Below are positions 40,453 to 50,204 of a DNA stretch of 64,000 bases, piece by piece. Both the position numbers and the translations under genes were made by a program. Within the stretch, counting starts at the first letter, position 1. Each line of letters begins with the position of its first letter. Source of the DNA: an uncultured Verrucomicrobiae bacterium (GTDB lineage: Bacteria > Verrucomicrobiota > Verrucomicrobiia > Chthoniobacterales > UBA10450). The DNA lies in assembly GCA_963834385.1 (NCBI GenBank), contig CAWIBO010000003.1:451313-515312 (forward strand), in the 5' to 3' direction. The notes below the pieces were generated by a model. The model did not search any database and had not been told where the DNA came from. It worked only from the letters and a program-made list of their open reading frames with translations.

Positions 40453-41550
40453 TTGCGCACCCAGTTTCTCATCCTGCTCCTGGCCGTCGGCCTGCCTTTC
40501 CTCTCGCAGGCGCAGCCTCCCTCTGAACCCGACGGGGAGGTGAACGCCGAAACGCGGGCCGCGGTCATCGAACGGCTCACGCAGGAGCTGACGGAGCGAT
40601 ACATCTTCCCGGCGAAGGCGGCGGAAGCGGCCGCACTTCTTCGGAAAAAAGCCGGGGCAAAGGCTTACGACAGCCTCAGCAGCGCCCGGGCTTTCGCGGA
40701 AACTCTCACCGCGGACTTGCAGGCGGTCACGCGCGACAAACATCTGCGCGTTCGCTACTCCCACGAACCTCTGCCCCCGGCCGAGGGCGGCCGCCGCCCG
40801 CCTTCGCCGGCGCAGGAGGAGGATTTTCGGCGCGATCTGGCCCGCAAAAACTTCGAGTTTCGACGGGTGGAAATTCTTCCCGGCAACATCGGCTATCTGG
40901 ACCTGCATGGGTTTGTCCCGCCGCAGTTTGCCGAAGCCACCGCCGCCGCCTCCTTCAATTTCCTCGCGGAAACCGATGCGCTGATCATCGATCTCCGGCA
41001 GAATGGCGGCGGCGCTCCCCGCGGCGTCGCCCTTGTCTGCTCCTATCTTTTCGGGCCGGAACCTGTGCACCTGAACGACCTGATCCGGCGTGAGGGAGAA
41101 AAGGAGGTGCGCCAGGAATATTGGACCCTGCCGGAGGTGGCAGGGAAACGGTACCTCAAGCGGCCGGTCTATCTTCTGACCAGCGCGAAGACTTTTTCCG
41201 GCGGGGAAGAGTTCGCTTACAACATCAAAACCCAGCGGCGCGGCACTCTCATCGGCGAAACCACCGGCGGCGGAGCCAATCCCGGCGGCATGAGCCGTCT
41301 CTCGGATCATTTCCGCGTCTTCATTCCAGATGGGCGCGCGGAAAACCCGGTGACGAAGGACAATTGGGAAGGCAAGGGAGTCGCGCCCGATGTGGCGGTT
41401 CCCGCCGCGGACGCATTGGGAAGGGCGCAACTGCTTGCCTTGCGGAAATTGCTCGAGGAGGCCGGCGACGATTCCCGGCGGGCGACGGAGCTGAAGCAGG
41501 CGATCGCGGCGCTGGAGAAATCGGCGCCCGCTCCTCCCGCGGGCGAGTGA
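40453..41550 (+). CDS. S41-family (IRBP-like) peptidase
   Basis: GNIGYL, IIDLRQNGGG, TFSGGEEF, IGETTGGG, WEGKGVAPD; TTG start. Confidence 0.88.
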   Translation: MRTQFLILLLAVGLPFLSQAQPPSEPDGEVNAETRAAVIERLTQELTERYIFPAKAAEAAALLRKKAGAKAYDSLSSARAFAETLTADLQAVTRDKHLRVRYSHEPLPPAEGGRRPPSPAQEEDFRRDLARKNFEFRRVEILPGNIGYLDLHGFVPPQFAEATAAASFNFLAETDALIIDLRQNGGGAPRGVALVCSYLFGPEPVHLNDLIRREGEKEVRQEYWTLPEVAGKRYLKRPVYLLTSAKTFSGGEEFAYNIKTQRRGTLIGETTGGGANPGGMSRLSDHFRVFIPDGRAENPVTKDNWEGKGVAPDVAVPAADALGRAQLLALRKLLEEAGDDSRRATELKQAIAALEKSAPAPPAGE

Positions 41551-41557
41551 CCGCGGC

Positions 41558-42428
41558 TCAGCGATTCGGAAGGCGCCGCGCGCGATGGTGATTCTGGACG
41601 CGCAGCCAGCCGGTGAAGACAGAGAAATCGTAATGCCGGGTGGGGGCGTCTCCGCGATGAACCAGTCCGAACCGTCCGAGGTCGAGGGTCCAGGCCAGCC
41701 CGGGTTCCTCTTTCATCATTTGCCATGCCTCCCACATGCCGGGCGCCCAGCGGATGTCGTCGAAAAGCACCACGGCCTCGGGGCTCAGGTGAGGCCCCAG
41801 CTGACGCCAGGCCGAGAGGGTGTCCTCGCGCTCGTGCCGCGCATCCACGTAAACGAAGTCCAGGTCCCGCGCGAAGGTTGAAAGAACCGAAGGGCAGTTC
41901 CTTCTCCACCAGCCCGGTGCGCACTTCCACCCCCGGAAAATTTTTCCCGATGGTGGTCCGTGCCTCTTCAGCCAGGCGAGGGGACGCTTCGATGGTGACA
42001 AAACGCCGGCAACTCGGCGCAGAGGAAAGGTAGGAACCGGAGATGCCGACACAACTTCCGAGCTCGAGGATGGTGGCGGCCTTGAATTCGCGCGCGCAGA
42101 GATGAAGCACCCGGCCCCATTTCCGGTTCACGCTGGAGCGATGTGCCAGCTCCCATCCCGTTCGCCCGGGCGTGCCCGGAGCCGAAATCACTTCAAACAT
42201 TTCCCGGGTCCGCGCGATCTCCGCTCGTTGCTGCTCGATCCCCTCGGAGACCGACCGGGCTGCGGAATCCAGCCTGTTGTTGATCAGCAAATCCAGCGCG
42301 GGCACCAGCTCCGGCGGCAGGCCTTCGGCCTGCGCCTGCTGCAACCGGCGACGCCCAAGGGGACTGAAGAGGGCGCGGTAAGCCGCCTGCACCACGGGAT
42401 CAAAAAGATGAGGATTTATCACGGCCAA
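41558..42428 (-). CDS. Class I SAM-dependent methyltransferase (Methyltransf_24-like); frameshift near 41890
   Basis: ILELGSCVGIS and VTIEAS in one frame; LDFVYVDARH and VLFDDIRW in the other. Confidence 0.8.
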
Positions 42429-42515
42429 TGCGCAGCATCATGCGCTGCCGCGATTCCTGTTTCCACTCCCGAATTGCGCTCGTCTTTGTTCCGGTTCGCG
42501 GGATAATCAGCGCCC

Positions 42516-43370
42516 ATGAAAAGAATCCTCTTCCTGGGGTTTGCCTTCCTGCTGCTTGCCGGTTTTGCGCACGGAGAGAGTGACCTCGAGCGTGAGATGG
42601 CCCGCCTGGGTCACCCCGAGGCCGAAGAGCGGCTGGAAGCGCTGCGCGCGCTTCACACCACCCTCGATCCGCGTCTGCCCGACGCGATGCTCTCCCTCCT
42701 GACGGACGAGGGAAATTCCGTGCGCCGCCTTGCTGCCCGCGGCATCGGGAGCCGCTGGTGGCAGATTTCAAAGGACCGCGTCGGGACGTTTGTCGCCGCT
42801 CTTCAGCCGAACCTTGAGAGCGAGTTCGACGATGAAAAAGAGATGGCGCAGCGCGCCGTCGGCCTTCTCCAGCGCGATTATCGCGGCTCTTCCTTTAACC
42901 GCAGCCCCAACGGGCGCTGGGTTGTCTATGAGCGTTACTGCCTTCCCTGTCTGATCGATACCGCCAGCGAAACGGAAGAACTGCTCGGATGGGATCCGGA
43001 GCGCTACCTCCTGGCGTTTCCGCCCGGCGATATGTCGGACCGCGTCATCTGGCATCCCGCCGGGGAGATGGCGGCGATCGGCTTCAACCTCAACCGGCGC
43101 ATTTCCTCTCTCTGGATATGGCGGGAAGGGCAGTCGCTCCGCCCGATTTCTCTCGAGGAAATGACGGCCCTGCTGAAGGGGGACGACCCCCTTGATCAGA
43201 TTTGGTTCTACGCCACGCCCACGGGCTGGCGGGGCGAGGACCTGCTCTTTACGGTCGAATATAGCGTGGTGCCGTCAGACGCTGATCCGGTCGATTACCA
43301 GGCGACCCTGGGCTGGAACGCAAAGACCGATCGTCTCCGGCTCGTCTCGCGCCCGACCATGATTCAGTAA
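42516..43370 (+). CDS. Exported HEAT-repeat-containing protein
   Basis: Signal peptide; EERLEALRAL...LLTDEGNSVRRLAARGIG. Confidence 0.6.
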   Translation: MKRILFLGFAFLLLAGFAHGESDLEREMARLGHPEAEERLEALRALHTTLDPRLPDAMLSLLTDEGNSVRRLAARGIGSRWWQISKDRVGTFVAALQPNLESEFDDEKEMAQRAVGLLQRDYRGSSFNRSPNGRWVVYERYCLPCLIDTASETEELLGWDPERYLLAFPPGDMSDRVIWHPAGEMAAIGFNLNRRISSLWIWREGQSLRPISLEEMTALLKGDDPLDQIWFYATPTGWRGEDLLFTVEYSVVPSDADPVDYQATLGWNAKTDRLRLVSRPTMIQ

Positions 43371-43394
43371 CCGCCCCCGGCCGGAGCGCGCGGG

Positions 43395-43499
43395 TTACTT
43401 TGTTTTCTTCGTCGCTTTTTTTGCGGCGATGATGCGGTCGTTCTTTCGACGACGCGCGGCGCGTTTCTTCACGTTGGTTCTGCCTTGGCTGTGTCCCAT
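43395..43499 (-). CDS. 34-aa very basic small protein
   Basis: Manual translation MGHSQGRTNVKKRAARRRKNDRIIAAKKATKKTK*; fills the gap downstream of the OmpA-like gene. Confidence 0.55.
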   Translation of the reverse strand: MGHSQGRTNVKKRAARRRKNDRIIAAKKATKKTK

Positions 43500-43552
43500 G
43501 AGAACGCACTGTCGCCCCTCTTCCGCCCAAGCCAAGCGGTTTCGGCGCGGAC

Positions 43553-44461
43553 CTACGGCTGCACCAGCTCGACCCGGCGATTCAAGGCACGCCCTTCCTC
43601 GGTGGCGTTGGAGCCGACCGGCGCGAGAAAACCGACTCCCGCCGCGGCGAGCCGGTCTTTGGCCACGCCGTGATGTTTGGCGAGGTCGGCCGCCACCGCC
43701 TCCGCCCGCCGTCGCGACAAGTCCATGTTATGCGCGTAGCCGCCCTGGCTGTCGGTGTGTCCCACCACATGCACTTTCAGGGCTGGTTGCGCGCGCAGGA
43801 GCTTGCCAATTTCCTCCAGGGTCGGCCGTGATTCGGGCTTGAGCTCGGCTTTGTCGGTCTCGAAATAGATCCCGTAGAGCGCGATATGCCCGGCTTCGCC
43901 CAGGCCCTTCGCCATCTCCTCCGCGTTCACCATCTTATTCTCCAGACCCGCCGTCTCGATCACGTTCAACTCGGCAAAAATCCGCGCGTTGTTCTCGCTC
44001 ACCACCACCTCGAGGAAGGTTTTGTCCTTCTCCGCGGAGAGATAGCGGAACTTGAAACCGTCCACCCACATCAATGGCATGTTGAGAGTGTCGAGCGCCC
44101 GGGAAAAGGCCAGGCCACCGCACTCGTCCGTTTCGCACTGGAAAAGGATGGTGTAACCCGCCCCCGTCACCTGCTTCTCGAAGTTCCGGAACACCTCCGC
44201 AATGGAGGGGCCTTCCCCCGTGCGATAGGCGATCCGCGTGATCCGGCCCTCGAGCTTTCGCTGGTCGGTCGGCTGGTCGCTCTTGAACGGGCCGGCCTGG
44301 ATCCGGGTCTCGTCGAAATCCCTGACCTCATGCCCGTTGATGATCGACCCGGCAAAACGGCCGATGCCGGGATAATCCTTGCCGCCGTCGACGTCGCTCT
44401 CGGCGGCCTCGGCCAGGATTGCGCCCCCGCCGAGGAGGAGGAGAAGAAGAGAAACGCGCAT
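43553..44461 (-). CDS. OmpA-family peptidoglycan-binding protein (DUF4892-like N-domain)
   Basis: IYFETDKAEL, VVGHTD, NMDLSRRRAEAV, NRRVEL. Confidence 0.9.
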   Translation of the reverse strand: MRVSLLLLLLGGGAILAEAAESDVDGGKDYPGIGRFAGSIINGHEVRDFDETRIQAGPFKSDQPTDQRKLEGRITRIAYRTGEGPSIAEVFRNFEKQVTGAGYTILFQCETDECGGLAFSRALDTLNMPLMWVDGFKFRYLSAEKDKTFLEVVVSENNARIFAELNVIETAGLENKMVNAEEMAKGLGEAGHIALYGIYFETDKAELKPESRPTLEEIGKLLRAQPALKVHVVGHTDSQGGYAHNMDLSRRRAEAVAADLAKHHGVAKDRLAAAGVGFLAPVGSNATEEGRALNRRVELVQP

Positions 44462-44516
44462 GAGCAGATGCTTGCCGCTCGACCGCGCGGTTGCACGCAT
44501 AATCGGGACCGGCCCT

Positions 44517-46518
44517 TCAGTTGCCCAGCGTCGCGCGCATCTGGGCAAACCGGCTCCGGCCGACGTTGGCCGCGACCGGCGTGCTCAGCAGTTTCTGCAG
44601 GTCCACCTTTTCAATCCATTCCTCCGGCAATTCCTTGAGGAATGAGCTCGGCTGGCAGGCCGCCGCGCTCCCGTATTTCATCCGGTCCCGGCAATGGCTC
44701 ATGGTCAGCGTCTGCCGCGCCCGGGTGATCCCGACGTAAAGCAGCCGGCGCTCCTCCTCGATGGTGCCCTCGGACTTGGAACGTTCGTGCGGCAGCACCC
44801 CTTCCTCCAGCCCGACGATGTAGACGTGGTGAAACTCGAGCCCTTTGGCGGCGTGCATCGTGATCAGGGTCACGCCGCGTTTGTTCTCGATGTCCTCCTG
44901 TTTTTCCTCCTCCCGTTCCTGGTCGAGCACAACTTCATCGAGAAAACCGGCGAGGCCTTTGCTCGAGCGCGCGGTGAACTGGCCGAGGTCACGCAGAAGA
45001 TCGTCCATGCTGCCCTGCCGTTCGCTCGCTTCCTCAGCCGAGCGGCAGCTGCGCCGCAGCTCAGCCGCGTAGCCAATCTCGGCGAGAAACTGTTTCATCA
45101 CCTCCGCCGCGTCCGCGTTCTCCTTCAGTAATCCCTGGTAACGCTCCACCAGCCCGACAAAGGCCTGGATGCTGTTCGCCGTCCGGCTGCTGACCTCGCC
45201 CGCCAGTTCCGGTGCGCGCAACGCTTCCCAAAGGGAGGACCGGCCCCGGACACTGGCCGTCAGCGCCTGGTCCACCGTGGCCGGGCTCAGCCCGCGCGCC
45301 GGCGTGTTGATGATGCGGAGCAAACTCGCGTCCGCTCCCGGGTTCACCAGCACGGTCATGTAAGCGAGCAGGTCTTTCACCTCCCGCCGGTCGAAGAAAC
45401 TCTTCCCGCCCACGATCCGGTAGGGAATCTGGAGCCGCCGCAGGTTTTCCTCCAGGACACGCGACTGCGCATTCATCCGGAAGAGAACCGCAAACGCTTC
45501 CCACGGTTCGTTCTTCTCCAGCCGGCGCCGCTGGATTTCTTCGGCGACGAACTGCCCTTCCTCGCGGTCGTTCGGCGCTTCCACCACCCGGACTCGCTCG
45601 CCGCCGCCTTGCGCGCTCCAGAGCCGCTTCTCCCGCCGGCGCGGGTTATGCCGGATCAACCCGTTGGCGGTGCCAAGGATGGCGTTCGTGCTCCGGTAGT
45701 TCTCCTCCAGCTTCACGATCGTCGGGCCCGGGAAAATGATGCTCGAACTCGAGGATGTTCGCGACCTCCGCCCCGCGCCAGCCGTAGATCGACTGGTCGT
45801 CGTCGCCCACCACCGCCACGTTCCGCCGCTCGTCCGCCAGCAGCCGGACCAGCTCGAGCTGGAGACGGTTGGTATCCTGGAACTCGTCCACCATGAGGTA
45901 GCGGAATTTGTCCCGCCAGCGCACCTGCACGTCCCGGTGTTCGTTCAATAACTGCACCGCAAGAAGCAGCAGATCGTCGAAGTCGACCGCGTTGGCGTTC
46001 TTTAACTCGGCCCGGTAGCGAAGCAAAACGGTCCCCAGCAGGCTTTCCTCGTCGAGAGGAAGGGCATTGTTCTTCGCCTTGCTGATCGCTCCCTTGGCGG
46101 CGTTCGGGTCCAGCCGTTCGTCCTTGGCCGCCGAGCGCGTGATGATCTTCTTGATCAGCCCGAGCTGGTCGCCCTCGTCGTAAATGGTGAAGTTGTTCTT
46201 GTAACCAAGCCGGTCGATCCCGCTCCGCAGAATGCGCAGGCAAAGCGCGTGAAAGGTGGACATTGTCACCTTCTTCGCGGCTTCGCCGGGGACCATCCGG
46301 GCCAGCCGTTCCCGCATCTCGGTCGCGGCCTTGTTCGTGAAGGTGACGGCAAGAATGCTGCCCGGGTCGACCCCGCGCCCGATCAGGTGAGCCACGCGCG
46401 CGGTAATGACCCGCGTTTTCCCCGTGCCCGCCCCCGCCAGGATCAGGAGCGGTCCCTCGGTCGTGGTCACAGCGGTCCGCTGCGGTTCGTTTAAATCTGA
46501 AAGTCGAATTCGTCCCAT
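44517..46518 (-). CDS. UvrD/Rep-family SF1 DNA helicase; +1 frameshift near 45728
   Basis: LAGAGTGKT, VTFTNKAA, VDEFQD, VGDDDQSIYGWRG, then shifted frame LEENYRS, TMHAAKGLEF, EERRLLYVGITRA. Confidence 0.9.
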
Positions 46519-46622
46519 CGCCCCGCGCAGAGGCGGCCCCCAATCGACATCACCGCTCCCGCGCCTGCAAGCGCTGAAAAGTTCGTCCGCCGCGGGCTGT
46601 CTTCCCCGCGCTGTCGCCTCAA

Positions 46623-46955
46623 TCAGTCGGGCTCGTTCGTGCCCAGCCTGCTCACCTGGTCGAGCAATTGGCGGGAGGCGCGAAACCGACCGCCGAAATG
46701 ATCCGCGTGGTCCTTTTGCAGCGCCCGGGGCGAACCGGTCACGGTAACGCTCGTACTCCGCCGTCGCGGCACACCGGTACTGCATCACATACGAGGGCCA
46801 TCCCTCCTCGGAATCGTTCTGAGCTCTTGAAAACCTCGGCCCCGAGAAAGCAGCCGGTCGCCAGGACTTCGGGGATATGCTCCCGGGTCATCCAGTCGAG
46901 CCACTCCTTTTCTGTCTCCAGGCTCGATCGCCACCGTGACCTGATAAATCATCAT
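46623..46955 (-). pseudogene. DUF4286-like protein broken by about three indels (probably sequence errors)
   Basis: Frames join as MIYQVTVAIEP / EKEWLDWMTREHIPEVLATGCF / SYVMQYRC...YERYRDRFAP / ALQKDHADHFGGRFRASRQLL. Confidence 0.65.
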
Positions 46956-47134
46956 CGCCGCTCTCTTCCTCCGGTATCCGGGTGGAGCCCGCAACAGTGG
47001 ACCGTCGTCACCCGGCCAGTCTAAGCGGGAGCCGGTCGGGAGCGAGACGCCGTCCTGCCCGGGGCCGGTTTTGGTGGGCGTGGAGCGGTCAAATGAGGGC
47101 CAAAAAGGGCGCAATTTCTGCTCTTTCCATAACG

Positions 47135-47323
47135 ATGCTGAAGACTTTGGGCGCCCTCATTTTCACCGCCGCCGCGGTGACCATGTACGTCCGTGGCCCG
47201 CAGCCGCTGTCCAAACCCCCGGTTTACCGGCCTGATCCGCCTGCCCTGACTTCCCCGGCCCCCAGCGAAATCGTGGTCGCCCCGTTCCAGGGTGGCCGGG
47301 TGGGGGAACGCCTGCAACGGTAA
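47135..47323 (+). CDS. Small hypothetical membrane-anchored Pro-rich protein
   Basis: MLKTLGALIFTAAAVTMY followed by a Pro-rich tail, 62 aa. Confidence 0.4.
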   Translation: MLKTLGALIFTAAAVTMYVRGPQPLSKPPVYRPDPPALTSPAPSEIVVAPFQGGRVGERLQR

Positions 47324-47396
47324 CGGTCCGGCCGGTCCGCGGCCAATCTCACGGCCGGTCAGGGTCTCGGCCCGGCACCTGCTCTTCAGGCCTCCC

Positions 47397-47768
47397 GTGA
47401 AGCGAAAGCTGCGCATCCTTGCGGTCGATGACGAACCGGTCATCGGGGAATCCATTGCCTCGGCCCTGGCTTCGCCTTCCCGTGAGATCATGGTCGCGAA
47501 AGACGGCGAACAGGCGCTGGCCCTGGCGAGCGGGACAAAGTTCGACATCGTCATCACCGATCACCGGATGCCGCGCGCGGGCGGCCTCGAACTCGTGCGC
47601 AAACTCCGGCAACGGCACTACACCGGCAAGGTCGTGGTCCTTTCCGGGCATCTCTCCGCCGACAACATCGGCACCTACGAGGAACTCGACGTCGACGAGG
47701 TGGTCGGCAAACCGATCGACTCCGCCGGGTTGCGCGACCTGGTCGCCACCCTCGAGCGACTGGCTTGA
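47397..47768 (+). CDS. Single-domain response regulator
   Basis: ILAVDDE, VITDHRMP, VVLSG, KP. Confidence 0.88.
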   Translation: MKRKLRILAVDDEPVIGESIASALASPSREIMVAKDGEQALALASGTKFDIVITDHRMPRAGGLELVRKLRQRHYTGKVVVLSGHLSADNIGTYEELDVDEVVGKPIDSAGLRDLVATLERLA

Positions 47769-47915
47769 CCCTCGCCGGAACGCCCGGTCGCCCTTCGGAA
47801 GGGCACGGAAGCGTCGGGACGATTCAATGCCCCGAATCGTCAAAATCGTGCAACCTTCCCGGGTGACGGACCGGTTTACTTCGCCCCCGCTTTTTTCCAG
47901 CGAAAGCGGCCGGCC

Positions 47916-50204
47916 ATGAGCGCCCGTAAGATCAGTCGCGTGGCCTTCCTCGGCGATTACATGCCGCGGCAGTGCGGCATCGCCACTTTCACCACCGATA
48001 TCTGCGAAGCGGTGGCGGCCGCCTATCCCGGTTGCGAATGCATCGTCGGCGCGGTCAACGACCGCCCGGAAGGGTATGAGTACTCCACTCGCATCCGGTT
48101 CGAGATCGACGAGAAAGAACTCGATTCCTACCGCCGGGCGGCCGATTTCCTCAATATCAACAACGTCGAAGTCGTCTCGGTGCAGCACGAGTTCGGCATT
48201 TATGGCGGCCCGGCCGGGAGCCACCTGCTGACCCTTCTGCGCGATGTGCGCATGCCGGTGGTAACCACATTGCACACCGTCCTGAGCGAGCCGGATGCGG
48301 CCCAGCGCTTTGTCATGGAGGAGCTGAACCTTCTCTCCAGTCGTTTCATCGTCATGGCCGAACGCGGGCGCGAACTGCTCCGGGAGGTTTACGGCATCGC
48401 CGCGGAGAAGATCGATCTCATCCCGCACGGCGTGCCCGATGTGCAGTTCATTGACCCGGCTTTCCACAAGGACCAGTTCGGGGTGGAAGGAAAGACGGTC
48501 CTGCTCACCTTTGGCCTGCTTTCGCCCAACAAGGGGATTGAAAACGTCATCGAGGCGTTGCCGGCGATCCTGAAAGCCCATCCCAATGTCGTTTACATTG
48601 TCTTGGGTGCGACCCATCCGAATCTGCTCCTCCGCGAAGGCGAGTCCTACCGCTTGAAGCTGGAGCGCCTCGCGCAGGACCGGGGCGTCGAAGGCAACGT
48701 TATTTTCTACAACCGCTTCGTTACTCTCGAGGAGCTGACCGATTTCATCGGCGCCGCCGATATCTATGTCACGCCCTACCTGAACAAGGCGCAGATCACC
48801 TCGGGCACGCTCGCCTACGCCTTCGGCGCCGGGAAGGCGGTCATCTCCACGCCCTACCTTTATGCGGAGGAACTTCTCGCCGAGGAGGGCGGAATTCTGG
48901 TGCCGTTCCAGGACAGCGGCGCCATCGCCGAGGGGGTCAACCGTCTCCTGGCCGATCCGCTTCTCATGGGAGGGATGCGCAAGCGCGCCTGGAAACTCGG
49001 GCGCGAGATGATCTGGCCCGTGGTCGCCCGCCGTTACATGGAAAGCTTCCGCAAGGTCCGTTCCCGCTCCCGCGCGCTTCCCCGCCAGGCCTTCGCCACC
49101 CAGACCCTGGAAAAGCGGCCGTATGAGCTGCCTCCCCTGAAGCTCGATCATCTTTTCCGGATGACCGATAACACCGGCATCTTTCAGCACGCCATTTTCA
49201 ACGTCCCGAATTATCGCGAGGGCTATTGCACGGACGACAACGCCCGCGCGTTCATCCTCACCCTGCTCCTCGCCGAAACAACCGGCCGGGTTGTGGGGGG
49301 CGATCTCGAGCGCCTGGCCAGTTCCTATCTCGCCTTTCTTTGGGACGCGTTCGATCAGGAGAGCCACCGCTTTCGCAATTTCATGAGCCACCGTCGCGAA
49401 TGGCTCGAGACCATGGGCTCGGAGGACAGTCATGCCCGCGCGCTCTGGGCCACCGGCATGGCGCTCGGCCGGTCGAAGAACGACGGCCATCGCAACCTCA
49501 GCGCACAGCTTTTCCAGCGCGGATTGCCCGTGGTGGAGAAGTTCACTTCGCCGCGCGCCTGGGCCTTTGTCCTGCTCGCGATGCACGAATATCTGCGGAG
49601 CTTTTCCGGGGATCGCGCCGTGAACCAGTTGCGCGACCTGTTAACAACGCGCTTGCTCGAACATTTCCGCACGAACGCCACGAAGGAGTGGCAATGGTTC
49701 GAGCCGACGGCCACTTATGACAATGCGCGGCTTTCCCATGCCATGATCCTGAGCGGGCACTGGACCTCGCGTGGCGAAGTCCTCGAGGTCGGCCTGCAAT
49801 CGCTCCGCTGGCTCGTGGAAGAGCAAACCGCCGAGGCCGGCCATTTCGTCCCCGTCGGGTGCAACGGCTTCTGGAGTCGTGACGGCGAGCGCGCCCGGTT
49901 CGACCAGCAGCCGCTGGAAGCCAACGCGCTCATCTCCGCCAGCCTCGAGGCCTTTGCGCTGACCTCCGACGATTACTGGAAACGCGCCGCGCGCCGCTGT
50001 TTCGAGTGGTTCCTGGGAAGGAACGACCTCGGCGAACCGCTCTACGATTCCACCACCGGCGGTTGTCGCGACTCTTTGCACCGGGACCGGGTCAGCCAGA
50101 ACCAGGGCGCGGAATCGAGCCTCGCCTTTTACCTTTCGCTCGCGGAAATGATGCGGGCGGAGACGGGTCCGGAGCGCAAAATGCCCGCTCCCAAGGTGGC
50201 ATGA
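47916..50204 (+). CDS. GT4 glycosyltransferase fused to a C-terminal helical glycosidase-like domain
   Basis: CGIATFT, QHEFGIYGG, TFGLLSPNKG, SGTLAYA; C-domain GIFQHA, YCTDDNARA, FDQQPLEA, NQGAES. Confidence 0.88.
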   Translation: MSARKISRVAFLGDYMPRQCGIATFTTDICEAVAAAYPGCECIVGAVNDRPEGYEYSTRIRFEIDEKELDSYRRAADFLNINNVEVVSVQHEFGIYGGPAGSHLLTLLRDVRMPVVTTLHTVLSEPDAAQRFVMEELNLLSSRFIVMAERGRELLREVYGIAAEKIDLIPHGVPDVQFIDPAFHKDQFGVEGKTVLLTFGLLSPNKGIENVIEALPAILKAHPNVVYIVLGATHPNLLLREGESYRLKLERLAQDRGVEGNVIFYNRFVTLEELTDFIGAADIYVTPYLNKAQITSGTLAYAFGAGKAVISTPYLYAEELLAEEGGILVPFQDSGAIAEGVNRLLADPLLMGGMRKRAWKLGREMIWPVVARRYMESFRKVRSRSRALPRQAFATQTLEKRPYELPPLKLDHLFRMTDNTGIFQHAIFNVPNYREGYCTDDNARAFILTLLLAETTGRVVGGDLERLASSYLAFLWDAFDQESHRFRNFMSHRREWLETMGSEDSHARALWATGMALGRSKNDGHRNLSAQLFQRGLPVVEKFTSPRAWAFVLLAMHEYLRSFSGDRAVNQLRDLLTTRLLEHFRTNATKEWQWFEPTATYDNARLSHAMILSGHWTSRGEVLEVGLQSLRWLVEEQTAEAGHFVPVGCNGFWSRDGERARFDQQPLEANALISASLEAFALTSDDYWKRAARRCFEWFLGRNDLGEPLYDSTTGGCRDSLHRDRVSQNQGAESSLAFYLSLAEMMRAETGPERKMPAPKVA

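Noticed and set aside
45646..45760. Programmed ribosomal frameshift in the helicase or TonB receptor
   Set aside because: No slippery heptamer or stimulatory structure is evident, and similar indels across unrelated genes favour sequencing error.
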